From: an uncultured delta proteobacterium
GTDB taxonomy: Bacteria; Myxococcota_A; Polyangia; Polyangiales; JAFGIB01
Direction: 5' to 3'
Assembly (NCBI GenBank): GCA_963778655.1
Contig: CAVZVA010000002.1
Span: forward strand, 96,001-160,000
DNA length: 64,000 nt
Under the pieces are notes generated by a model. The model ran no database searches. It had not been told where the DNA came from and saw nothing but the letters and a program-made list of their open reading frames with translations. The position numbers were made by a program, and so were the translations under genes. This document shows, piece after piece, positions 50,195 through 60,200 of the stretch (within the stretch, counting starts at the first letter, position 1; each line of letters starts with the position of its first letter).

Positions 50195-51559
50195 TCACAG
50201 CGGATCGAGGAAGATCGGCAACCCGTCCTTGGGCTTCGAGATCGGCGCCTGTTGCACGGGCATGCGATAACCGTCCGCGATGCGGATGCGGTAGCGCAGC
50301 AGCAGCTGGTGCATCAGCGCGCGGATCTGAAGCTCCGCGAAGCGCATGCCGATGCAGGTGTGCGCGCCGCCGCCGAAGGGCACGTAGGCGTGGCTGTGGC
50401 GCTTGTGCTCCTCGCGCGGCGGCGCGAAGCGCTCGGGGTCGAACTCGAACGGTGCGGTCCACAGCTCGCTCATGTGATGGGTGTGGATCGGATAGGTGAC
50501 CACCAAACAGCGCGCAGGGAACGCGTAGCCGCCGAATTCGAACGGCGCGACCGAGACCCGGGGCACGGTGGAGAGCGGCGGGTAGCGGCGCAGCGTCTCC
50601 TGCAGCACCAGGTTGAGCGAGCCCAGCGCGGGCATGTCGTCGTGCTCGATGAAGGCCTTGCCGAGCGCTCGCGACTCCTGCCGCGCCCGCTCCTGCCACT
50701 GGGGATGGCGCGCCAGCTCGTAGGTCATCGAGCTGAGCGTGCTGGTGGTGGTGTCGTGCGCCGCCATCATCAGGAAGATCACGTGGTCGATGATCTCGCG
50801 ATCGGTGAAGCGGCTGCCGTCCTCGTCGGTGGCGTGGCACAGGCGGCTGAACATGTCCGCACTCTGCTGCGCGCGCTTCTGCGCCAGCATCGAGCCGAAC
50901 AGGCGTTCCATGTACTGCCGGCCGCGCAGCCCCCGCGCGAACTCGAGCCAGGGCAGCGGCAGGCGCACGAACGACATCGAGGCGGCCACCGCGTGCTCGA
51001 ACGCGCGCTGCAGCGCCGCGGCCTCCGCGCCCAGCTGCATCCCCAGAAACACGTCGCAGGCGAGCTCGAGCGTGAGCCGCTTGTACGCGGGGAAGGCCAG
51101 CATGCGCTCAGCCTTGGGCCAGGCGGCCAGCGCGCGCTCGATCTGGGGGTTCATCTGATCGAGGTAGCTGCGCAGGGCCGAGCGCGTGAACGCGCCCTGC
51201 ATGATGCGGCGGTGGTGCAGGTGGTCCTCGCCGTCCCGCAGCAGCAGGCCGTTGGGAAAGATCCGACCCATGATCAGCATCCAGGCGTGGCGCGCGCTGA
51301 ACACGCCTTCGCGATCCTGCATGACCAGGCGGTTCGCGTCCGGACCGAACAGGTGCACGCCGCGGATCCGTCCACCCTCCGCGACTACCGGCCCGTGGCG
51401 TTCGTACATGCTCTGTACGACCTGCAACGAATCGCTGCGGAAGCGCCGCATGCGATCCAGGCTCTCCCACCGGCCAAGCCGCGGCGGCTCGGGCCGATCG
51501 CGCGCGCCGGCCGGACGTTCTGCGGCCACAGCCATATCACCGCCGACGCTACACCACAT
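50195..51559 (-). CDS. Cytochrome P450
   Basis: AAHDTT, ETLR, PERF, FGGGAHTCIG. Confidence 0.95.
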   Translation of the reverse strand: MWCSVGGDMAVAAERPAGARDRPEPPRLGRWESLDRMRRFRSDSLQVVQSMYERHGPVVAEGGRIRGVHLFGPDANRLVMQDREGVFSARHAWMLIMGRIFPNGLLLRDGEDHLHHRRIMQGAFTRSALRSYLDQMNPQIERALAAWPKAERMLAFPAYKRLTLELACDVFLGMQLGAEAAALQRAFEHAVAASMSFVRLPLPWLEFARGLRGRQYMERLFGSMLAQKRAQQSADMFSRLCHATDEDGSRFTDREIIDHVIFLMMAAHDTTTSTLSSMTYELARHPQWQERARQESRALGKAFIEHDDMPALGSLNLVLQETLRRYPPLSTVPRVSVAPFEFGGYAFPARCLVVTYPIHTHHMSELWTAPFEFDPERFAPPREEHKRHSHAYVPFGGGAHTCIGMRFAELQIRALMHQLLLRYRIRIADGYRMPVQQAPISKPKDGLPIFLDPL

Positions 51560-51726
51560 CGGCTGGCGGGCCCAGCCGCCGGGTTGGGCAGCCGGTTACG
51601 GGCTGGACGACGCCGCTCGGGCCGGGCATCTTGCTGGACCGAGAATACTCCGGACGCCCGGCAGGTCCCCATTCAGCATGGACCTGATTTCGGGACGCCG
51701 GCGGACGGCTCCCAGGAGGCATCGCC

Positions 51727-52503
51727 GTGACCCCGCTCGCTCGCCGCTGCTCGCTCGCCGCCCTCACGCTGACGCTCACGCTGGCCTGCTCGCTCTGGGC
51801 CGGCGCCCAACCCGCACAGCCGCCGGACCTGCAGCAGGTGCTGCACCGGCTCGACGAGCTGTACACGGCCTCGAGCAGCACCGCGGTGGCCGAGCTCACC
51901 GTGGTCACCCCGCGCCAGACGCGCACCGTGCGCATGAAGATCTGGTCCAAGGGCGACGATCACGCGCTGGTGCTGATCGAACAGCCGGCGCGCGAGAAGG
52001 GCACGGCCACGCTGCGCGTCGGCGACAACTTGTGGAACTATCTGCCGCGCATCTCGCGTACGATTCGCGTGCCGCCCTCGATGATGCTCGGGTCCTGGAT
52101 GGGCAGCGACTTCACCAACGACGATCTGGTGCACGAGACCTCCTATCGCCACGACTTCGAATCGAGCTGGGGCGGCCGCTCCAGCGACCCGGCCGGCTTC
52201 ATCCTGCGGATGACGGCGCGCAAGGGCATCGTGGGGCGCTGGGCGCGCATCGACATGGTGCTCGCCGACGACGGCAGCGTGCCGCTGCAGGCGCGCTACT
52301 ACGACCGTCACGGCCGCCTGGCGCGCACCATGCGCTTCGACGACGTGCAGCAGATCGACGGACGGCCGGTGCCGATGCGCATGACGCTGACGCCGCAGGA
52401 CGACCCCGGGCATCGCACCGAGCTGCGCTACCTCGAGCTGCACCTCAACGCAAAGGTGCCCGACTCGATGTTCTCGCTGTCGCGGCTGGAGCAGAATCGC
52501 TGA
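51727..52503 (+). CDS. LolA-like outer-membrane lipoprotein-sorting protein
   Basis: Signal peptide; PAREKGTATL...WMGSDFTNDD. Confidence 0.85.
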   Translation: MTPLARRCSLAALTLTLTLACSLWAGAQPAQPPDLQQVLHRLDELYTASSSTAVAELTVVTPRQTRTVRMKIWSKGDDHALVLIEQPAREKGTATLRVGDNLWNYLPRISRTIRVPPSMMLGSWMGSDFTNDDLVHETSYRHDFESSWGGRSSDPAGFILRMTARKGIVGRWARIDMVLADDGSVPLQARYYDRHGRLARTMRFDDVQQIDGRPVPMRMTLTPQDDPGHRTELRYLELHLNAKVPDSMFSLSRLEQNR

Positions 52504-52506
52504 TCG

Positions 52507-53745
52507 ATGAGGCTGCCGACCACCATCCGCGTCGCGTGGCGCAACCTGGGGCGCAACCGGCGGCGCACGGCGCTGGCGCTGACGGCGATCGGGGTGGCGC
52601 AGCTAGCGCTGCTGTTCTCCGATTCGCTGATGCACGGCTATGCCGACTCGATGGTCGACGCGGTCACCGGCCCGATGCTGGGACACGTCCAGGTCCACGC
52701 CCCCAAATGGCGCGACGAGCACGCGATGGACCTCACGCTGCAGCAGGCGCGGGCCAAGGTCGCCGCGATACGCAAGCTGCCCGGGGTGGCGCGCGCGTCC
52801 GCGCGAATCTACGCCCCGGCCCTGGCGGCGCTGGGCGAGCAGGGTCACGTGGTGGTGGTGATGGGCGTGCAGGTCGATGGCGAGCGCCGGGCCGGCGGCC
52901 TGCTGGCGAACGTCGCGCCCGCGGCGCTGCCGCACGCGCACGAAGTGCTGGTCGGCAGCGCCCTGGCCGATGAGATGGGCGTGCACCCGGGCGAGCAGCT
53001 CGCGATCGTCGGTCAGGCCGCCGACGGCTCGATCGCCAACGACCTGTACCGCGTCGGCGGGCTGCTCTCCTCGGCAGTGGACGAGGTGCAGCGTCACGGC
53101 GTGGTGATGTCGCTGGCCGCGGCGCAGGAGCTGTTCGCGATGCCCGACCAGGCGCACGAGATCGTGGTGCGCGCGCGCGACCCGCAGGCGGCAAGCGTGC
53201 TTTCGGCGCGCATCGCCAAGCTGCCGGCGCTCGCCCACACCGAGGTGCTGCCCTGGAAGAAGATCGTGCCGGAGCTGGTCACGCTGGTCGAGCTGACCGA
53301 GCGCTCCAGCCTGATCGTGCTGGTGCTGGTGTTCATCGCCGCCGCGGCCGGCATCGCCAACACCATGCTGATGGCGACCTTCGAGCGCAGCCACGAGATC
53401 GGCATGCTGCTGGCGCTCGGCAGCACGCCGGGGCGGATCGTGCGCATGATCCTGAGCGAGGCCACCGCGCTCGGGCTGGCGGGCGTGGCAATCGGCACGC
53501 TGCTCGGCGCGGCGCTGGTGCTGGCGCTGGCGCAGACCGGGATCGACCTCACCACGCTCGGCAACGACGCCGCGCGCGGGCTGAGCATGCGCGGGCTCAA
53601 CTACGGCTTTTCGATCGTGCCGCACATCGAGGCGCAGGACGTGCTCGAAGGCGTGGGCGCGGTGGTGCTGACCTCGCTGCTGGCCTCGCTGTGGCCCGCG
53701 GTTCACGCCGCCCGGCTGCAACCTGTGGAGGCGATGCGGGCATGA
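52507..53745 (+). CDS. ABC transporter permease (FtsX/LolE-like)
   Basis: AWRNLGRNRRRT...FERSHEIGMLLALG...P. Confidence 0.9.
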   Translation: MRLPTTIRVAWRNLGRNRRRTALALTAIGVAQLALLFSDSLMHGYADSMVDAVTGPMLGHVQVHAPKWRDEHAMDLTLQQARAKVAAIRKLPGVARASARIYAPALAALGEQGHVVVVMGVQVDGERRAGGLLANVAPAALPHAHEVLVGSALADEMGVHPGEQLAIVGQAADGSIANDLYRVGGLLSSAVDEVQRHGVVMSLAAAQELFAMPDQAHEIVVRARDPQAASVLSARIAKLPALAHTEVLPWKKIVPELVTLVELTERSSLIVLVLVFIAAAAGIANTMLMATFERSHEIGMLLALGSTPGRIVRMILSEATALGLAGVAIGTLLGAALVLALAQTGIDLTTLGNDAARGLSMRGLNYGFSIVPHIEAQDVLEGVGAVVLTSLLASLWPAVHAARLQPVEAMRA

Positions 53746-54980
53746 GCCTCTCGGTCGCCTCGCGCTACGCCGCGCGCAGCCTGGGCCGCAACCTGCGGCG
53801 CACGCTGCTGTCGTGCATCGGGGTCGGCGTGGGCTGCGCGATCGGCCTGGTCGACATCGGCTGGGTGCGCGGCGAGCGCAACCTGTTCGTGCGCGCCGCC
53901 GCCGAGAGCGGTGCCGGCCACCTGCGCATCACGCCCGCGGGTTGGGGCAAACACCGCGACGACTCGCTGCGCCTGCAAGACGCGGCAGCCGAGCTGCGCA
54001 GCGCGCGCGCGCTGCCCGGCGTGCTGGTGGCCACGCCGCGGGCCCGCGCGCAGGCGCTGCTGGCGATGGGCACGCGGGTGTCGAGCGTGCAGATGGTGGG
54101 CGTCGATCCGGCGACCGAGCCGCGCGCGCTGCGCTTCGTGCGCCACGTCGGCAATGGCCGCTACCTGCACCCCGACGACCGCGAGGCGGTGGTGCTGGGC
54201 AAGGCCCTGGCCGAGCGCTTGCGCGCCTCCCTGCACGACCCGCTGGTCGCGACCGTGGTGGGCAAGGACGGCCAGATGCAGAGCGCCATGCTCGAGGTGG
54301 TCGGCATCATCGACACCGGCAGCCGCGACATCGATCTCGCGCTGTGCCAGGTCACGCTGCAGGAGATGCAGAAGCTGACCGGCTTGCCGGGCGCGGGCGA
54401 GGTCACGCTGCTGCTTCGCGATCCGCACGAGCTCGAATCGGCGCGCGTCGCGCTGGCCGCGCGCGTGCCGCGGGGCGACAGCGTGCTGGCCTGGTACGAC
54501 ATCGACCCGGAGCTGCGCGCGGGCGTCGACATCGACGCGGCCTGGGCCAAGGTCACGGTCGGGATCGTGCTGCTGGTGGTGCTGCTCGGGGTGGCCAGCG
54601 CGCAGCTCACCGCCGTGCTGGAGCGGCGGCGCGAGTTCGCGGTGCTGTCGGCGATCGGCGTGCGCGGGTCGACCATGGTGCGGTTGATGCTGATCGAGGG
54701 CTGCGCGCTGGGGCTGGCCGGCACGCTGGTCGCGCTGGCGATCGGCGTCCCGGCGGTGGCCTACCTGGCATACCACGGGGTCGATCTGCGCAGCCTGCTG
54801 GGCGCCGACCTGACGCTGAGCGGCGTGCTGGTCGATCCGATCTTTCACGCCGACCTGGGGCCGTGGATCCTGCCCGCGTCTGTCTTCATGTCCCTGACTG
54901 CCACCGTGCTCGCGTCGATTTACCCGGCCTGGTTCGCGGTGCGCACCGACCCGGCAGTGGCGCTGCGGGTAGCGCAATGA
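53742..54980 (+). CDS. ABC transporter permease (FtsX/LolE-like)
   Basis: RSLGRNLRRT...LERRREFAVLSAIG; ATGA overlap. Confidence 0.9.
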   Translation: MSLSVASRYAARSLGRNLRRTLLSCIGVGVGCAIGLVDIGWVRGERNLFVRAAAESGAGHLRITPAGWGKHRDDSLRLQDAAAELRSARALPGVLVATPRARAQALLAMGTRVSSVQMVGVDPATEPRALRFVRHVGNGRYLHPDDREAVVLGKALAERLRASLHDPLVATVVGKDGQMQSAMLEVVGIIDTGSRDIDLALCQVTLQEMQKLTGLPGAGEVTLLLRDPHELESARVALAARVPRGDSVLAWYDIDPELRAGVDIDAAWAKVTVGIVLLVVLLGVASAQLTAVLERRREFAVLSAIGVRGSTMVRLMLIEGCALGLAGTLVALAIGVPAVAYLAYHGVDLRSLLGADLTLSGVLVDPIFHADLGPWILPASVFMSLTATVLASIYPAWFAVRTDPAVALRVAQ

Positions 54981-54990
54981 GCGAGGAGCC

Positions 54991-55707
54991 ATGAGCGAGA
55001 ACGCGGCGGTAGTGGTCGCGCGCGACCTGACCAAGGTCTTCGACCAGGGCGCGCTGCAGGTGCGGGCGCTGCGCGGGGTTTCGCTCGAGGTCGCGCGCGG
55101 GGACTTCCTGGCGCTGGTCGGTCCGAGCGGCAGCGGCAAGACCACGCTGCTGCACCTGATCGGCGGGCTCGACACGGCCAGCTCCGGCAGCCTGCACGTG
55201 CTGGGTCAGGATCTGACCCGGCTCAGCCGGCGCGCGCGCTCGGAGCTGCGCCTGCGCTCGATCGGCTTCGTGTTCCAGGCGTACAACCTGGTGCCGGTGC
55301 TGACCGCCGCCGAGAACGTCGAGTTCGTGCTGGAGCTGCAAGGCATGGGAGAGCGGGAGCGGCGGGCGCGCGCGCAACAGGTGCTGGCGGAGCTCGGGTT
55401 GGGCGAGCTCGGCGCACGGCGGCCGAACGAGCTGTCGGGCGGCCAGCAGCAGCGGGTGGCGGTGGCGCGCGCGGTAGCCGCGCGGCCGTCGCTGGTGCTC
55501 GCCGACGAGCCCACCGCCAACCTGGACAGCGAAAACGCCGAGACCCTGATGAACCTGATGCGGCGGCTGCGCGACGAGCACGGCATGACCTTCGTGTTTT
55601 CGACCCACGACCCGCGGGTGCAGGTGCATGCCACGCGCATCGTCTCGCTGCGCGACGGCAGCGTGGCCTCGGACGAGCGCGGAGCGCCGGCGGGAGCGAC
55701 CCCGTGA
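54991..55707 (+). CDS. ABC transporter ATP-binding protein (LolD/MacB-like)
   Basis: GPSGSGKT, LSGGQQQR, ADEPTANLD. Confidence 0.95.
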   Translation: MSENAAVVVARDLTKVFDQGALQVRALRGVSLEVARGDFLALVGPSGSGKTTLLHLIGGLDTASSGSLHVLGQDLTRLSRRARSELRLRSIGFVFQAYNLVPVLTAAENVEFVLELQGMGERERRARAQQVLAELGLGELGARRPNELSGGQQQRVAVARAVAARPSLVLADEPTANLDSENAETLMNLMRRLRDEHGMTFVFSTHDPRVQVHATRIVSLRDGSVASDERGAPAGATP

Positions 55708-55727
55708 TCAGGTTTGGCGATCCTTGA

Positions 55728-57110
55728 ATGACAAGCCGACGGGAGCGCAGCGACCCTTGCGATGGGGTGGAGCCCCGAAGGCTTTGCCGATCGGGCACGG
55801 AGGCCGCATGCCCTGCCCGACATACCCGACCCCGACATACCCGAAATAGAGGCGCCGCAGCGGGGTTGGCGCTCGTGTTGTTGACGCTGGCCCAACCGGC
55901 AGCCGCGCGCGATTTGTGGACGGGCGACGATCTCGAGAGCTCGCTCTCGCTGCAGAGCGCGCTCAAGTCGAGCCTGCTGCTGTCGCGCGCGCCCGATGAC
56001 CCGCTGCTGTTCCCGGAGCGCACCAGCGGCGCGAGCCTGTGGCGGGAGCGCTTCACGCTCACCGCGGACGCGAGCGACTGGCTGACCGCGCAGGCGGCCT
56101 ACGAGCTGCGCGAGCAGATCTCGTCGAGCGCGGCGGGCGGTTTCGGCGCAGCGGCGGTGCTGCCGCAGGGCGGCGCCCTGCCCTACCGGCTCGCGCAGCT
56201 CGACTGGGGCATCGCCAGCGAGCCGAGCCTCGCGGTGCGCCACGAGATCGATCGCGCCTCGGTGGCATGGCACCCGGCGTTCGGGGAGCTCACCATCGGC
56301 CGCCAGGCGATCGGCTACGGCCGCGGCGTGCTGTTCAGCGCGGTCGACGTGTTCGCCCCGTTCTCGCCGCTCGAGGTCGACCGCGAGTGGCGTCGCGGCG
56401 TGGACGCGGTGCACGCCGAAGCACGCTTCTCCGAGCACCTCTCGGCCGACGTCGCGGGCGGCTTCGGCAAGACCCTGGGCGACTCGGCCTTCATCGGCCG
56501 CGTGCGCGGGTTCGCCGGCAACGTCGACGGCGCCCTGCTGGCCGGACGGCGCTCGACCGATTGGATGTTCGGCGCGACCTCGTCCGCGACGCTGGGCGAC
56601 ACCGCGCTGTACGGCGAGGCCGCATGGTTCTACACGCGCGGCGACGGGCTCGACGGCGGTTGGCTGGGCAGCTCGCGCTGGGTCGCGAAGCTGGTCGGCG
56701 GCGGCTCGTACCGCGTCGACGTGGGCCAGGGGCTGCGGCTCAACGCCGAGTACCACTACTCGGGCTTCGGCGTGCGCCATGCGGGCGGCGTGACCACGCA
56801 GCTGGCGGACCCGGCGTTCGCCCGCCGCTTTGCGCGCGGCGACAGCCAGCTGCTGGGCCGGCACGCGTTCGCCTTGATCGCGAGCTACGATCCGTTCTCC
56901 GATCTGACCGCGACGCTCACGTCGCTGGTCACGCCGGTGGACGGCTCGGGCTTGGTCTCGCCCAGCCTGCGCTGGACCGCCTCCGACCGCGTCGCGCTGC
57001 TGCTCAACGCCTTCTTCCCCTGGGGCCCCGCCCCGCGCGGCGCGAGCCTGCGCAGCGAATGGGGCGTGGTCCCGATCAGCGCGTTCCTGCAGCTCGCGTT
57101 CTACGACTGA
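55728..57110 (+). CDS. Putative outer-membrane beta-barrel protein
   Basis: Signal-like segment, TIGRQAIGYG motif, C-terminal aromatic strand; start uncertain. Confidence 0.7.
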   Translation: MTSRRERSDPCDGVEPRRLCRSGTEAACPARHTRPRHTRNRGAAAGLALVLLTLAQPAAARDLWTGDDLESSLSLQSALKSSLLLSRAPDDPLLFPERTSGASLWRERFTLTADASDWLTAQAAYELREQISSSAAGGFGAAAVLPQGGALPYRLAQLDWGIASEPSLAVRHEIDRASVAWHPAFGELTIGRQAIGYGRGVLFSAVDVFAPFSPLEVDREWRRGVDAVHAEARFSEHLSADVAGGFGKTLGDSAFIGRVRGFAGNVDGALLAGRRSTDWMFGATSSATLGDTALYGEAAWFYTRGDGLDGGWLGSSRWVAKLVGGGSYRVDVGQGLRLNAEYHYSGFGVRHAGGVTTQLADPAFARRFARGDSQLLGRHAFALIASYDPFSDLTATLTSLVTPVDGSGLVSPSLRWTASDRVALLLNAFFPWGPAPRGASLRSEWGVVPISAFLQLAFYD

Positions 57111-57147
57111 GAACGAAGAACGAGGCTGGAAGGCGGCAACAGCAAGA

Positions 57148-57183
57148 GGAGGAGCTCGTCGTAGCGAGACTGCAAGCTCCTCC
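57148..57183. terminator. Hairpin between convergent genes
   Basis: GGAGGAGCT...AGCTCCTCC; no clear U-tract. Confidence 0.35.
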
Positions 57184-57238
57184 CGTCTTCCTGTGATCTC
57201 AGAACGGCGTTGCCCGCCGCAAGCGCGCGCTTGCCGGC

Positions 57239-60200
57239 TTACAACCCGGTGGGGCGCAGGCGGCGGAGGTGCTGGGCGGCCGATTGCAACAGCTCGTAGC
57301 GGATGCGCGGCGGGGCCGGCGAGCGGCCCACCAGTACCAGCGCGCCTTCCCCGTGGAACTTGCCCGCGTCGAGGTAGCTGAGCAGGTAGGTATGGGCCGA
57401 GCCGTGCTCGTCGGAGGTGGTCGCGGCCTCGGTGCCGCACAGGGTCGTGTCCTCGCCGTCCCCTTTGCCCAGCGACGCCAGGCTCCTGCGCACCATCTCG
57501 ACCACGTCTGGCCGCGGATCGAGCGCCGAGGTCGCCGCCAGCACCACCGGCCCGGAAGCATCGACGACGAAGAGGTAGGCGACGAAGCCTTCGTGGCGCT
57601 CCATCACCCACGACAGGATGTAGCGCGCCAACCGCTTGCGCTCGTCGATCGGCGCCAGCGCGGCCTGGAAGGCCTTGAGCTCGCGCATGCTGGCGATGCT
57701 GACGGCCACCCCGCCCTCGCTGCCGCCGAGCTCGGTCAAGTTGCGGAAGCGCGCGATCAGGGTGGGATTGCCCAGCGGGCGAAACAAGCGCTCCACCTGC
57801 TGGAGCTGGAGCGTGAAGGTCTTGCGGTCGCCCCGCGCGAAGGCGATGCGCGCCGTGGCCTCGTGCAGCATCCCGAGCGCCAGCGGGCTGCCGGTGGCCT
57901 CGTAGCGCCCGAACAGCTCGGCCAGGTATGCCTTGGCGCGCGCGTGCTCGCCGAGCCCCGCCAGCGCGTAGCACAACGGCAGCTCGACCGGGAGGCGGAA
58001 GGCGTAGTACGCGCCGTCTTCGGGATCGGCCGCCGCCAGCACGCGCTCGCAGATCTCGCGGGCGCGCGCGTGCTCGCCCAGCTGGTTGTGGGCCTCGGCC
58101 ATCAGACCCGAGGACACGCTCCAGCCGATGCGCTGCAGCGGCGCTTCCTGGGCCAGCACCGGCAAGTAGACCTCGATGCACTCGCGCGGGTCACCGCGCT
58201 GCAGCAAGTACGTGGCGCGCGAGCTGCGTGCGTAGCGATCGAGCGTGGGGATCTCGTGGCGCAGGCGCTCGGTCTCGTCGAGCGAGCGCTTGGTCAGGAT
58301 GACGTCGTTCCACAGGCCGCCGAACAAGTTGATCGCGATCGCGGCCCAGGTCTCGACCTGCCAGGCGTAGCCGGTCTGAATCGCGCGGGCCTCGACTTGC
58401 TCGAAGGCCGCGCGCACCTGCTCGGTCTCGCCACGAAAGCCGTGATATTGCAGGCGCAGCTGGGCGGCGATCAGCTCGTGAACGTCGAGCCCGGTCTGCT
58501 CCAGTCGCGCCGCGCGCTCGAGCGCGCCCGAGTCGCCGCGAAAGCTCTCGAACACGCCGAGCACGTAGTCGACGCCGCCCTGCCACAGCTGCCGCGCCTC
58601 CTGCGGCAAATCGGACATCGATCCCGGCGCCTGCAGCCTGCGCTCCAGATCGAGGAAGTGAGCGTAGGTGCGCGCGTAGCGGTCCCGGGTCACCAGCGAC
58701 AGCCCGCGGCAGTAGTCATAGGCGAACTTCGTTGCGCTGTGTTTTCCCAGCAGCGCGAGCGGCTCGAGCACCGCCGCCAGCCGATCGATGGTGGGCCCGT
58801 CGAGACACACGGCGGCCTTGCCGCACAGCGCTAGCAGCGCGCCCACGAACGCCTGCATCAGCTCGCGAAACGAGCAGTGCCTCGACTGTCGCGGCTGGCA
58901 CGCGTGGCGCAGCGCGCCGACCCCCAACCCGATCAGCGTGGCCAGGCGCTTGCCCAGCAAGGGCCGCATGCGCGCGGCCAGGCCCAGCCCGGAGACCTGC
59001 GCGAAGCACGCCACGATCGCGTCGGTGTGGCTCTCGAGACGGCGGTCGACCATGTAGGCGGCCAGTCCCAGCGGCGCGAGCAACGCCGCCTGGTCGTAAG
59101 GGCCGCGCGCTTGCTCGCGGTAGAGCGCCAGCGCAGCCTCGAGCGTACGCGTGCAACCCGCGACCGGCTGCTTGCCCATCGCCTGCGAGATGCCGACCTC
59201 GCCCAGGATGCGAGCGCCGCGCTCGTCGCCCGCTTGCAGCAGGTGAAGCGCCGCATCGGCCCGCTCCGAGACGTAGAGCCGGCCGCGCGCCAGGATCGCC
59301 TCGGCCACGCGCAGGTGCAGCAGCGCCTTGCGGGCGTCGTCGATCTGGCCGACCAGGGCGTCGCGCAACGCCTCGTGGCGGAAGCGATAGCCGGCGTCGC
59401 CGGCGCTCAGCACCTCGTGTGCCACCAGCTCGCCGAGCGCGGCGCACAACGCGGCACCGTCGTGCTCGTGCTCGCCCCACAGCTTGCGGCAGACCTCGAG
59501 CGAGAGCCCCCCGCGATACAGGCTCAACGCCTGCGCCAGCTCCAGCGCCTCCCCGCTCAGGTGCTGCAAGCGGTCGCACATCGCCTCTTCCACTCGCGAC
59601 GGCAGCTCGAGCGCGGAGGGCTCGGTCGGCAGCACCCAGGTCCCGTCGCGATAGCGGATGTCGCGCCGGCTCACCATCAAGCGCAGCAGCTCCATGCAAT
59701 GGGAGGGGTTGCCGGCCGTACGCTGGTGCAGAAAGCGACTCAGACGCGAGAGGTTGGGGGTCTCTCCGAACACCGAATCGACCCAGGCGTGCAGGTGCTT
59801 CGCGCTCAAGCCGCCGAGCGTGCTGCGCCGCACCACCTGCCGCAGCGAGGACAGCGCCGCAGGCGAGGCGGCGTCGTCGCCGCTGCGCGCGGTGGCGACC
59901 ACGGCCAGCGGATGGTTTCTGGCCTCGAGCGCGAGCGCCGCCAGCAGCACCGCGGAGGGATCGTCGCAGCGCTGCACGTTGTCGAGCAGGACCAGCAGCG
60001 GCCGGCGCCGGCTCAAATCGAGCAACCAGCCCCGCAGCGCCGCCTGGATCTGCGTGCGCCACGACACCGGGTCGGCCGGGCGCGGCGCCGGCGTCACGTC
60101 GCCCAGCGCGTCGGCGAGCTCGGGCACCACGTGCGCGAGCAACGGCGCCTGCGCGCGCGCGCTGGCCAGCGCCTCGAGCGGCGCGACCTCCAGCAGCTGG

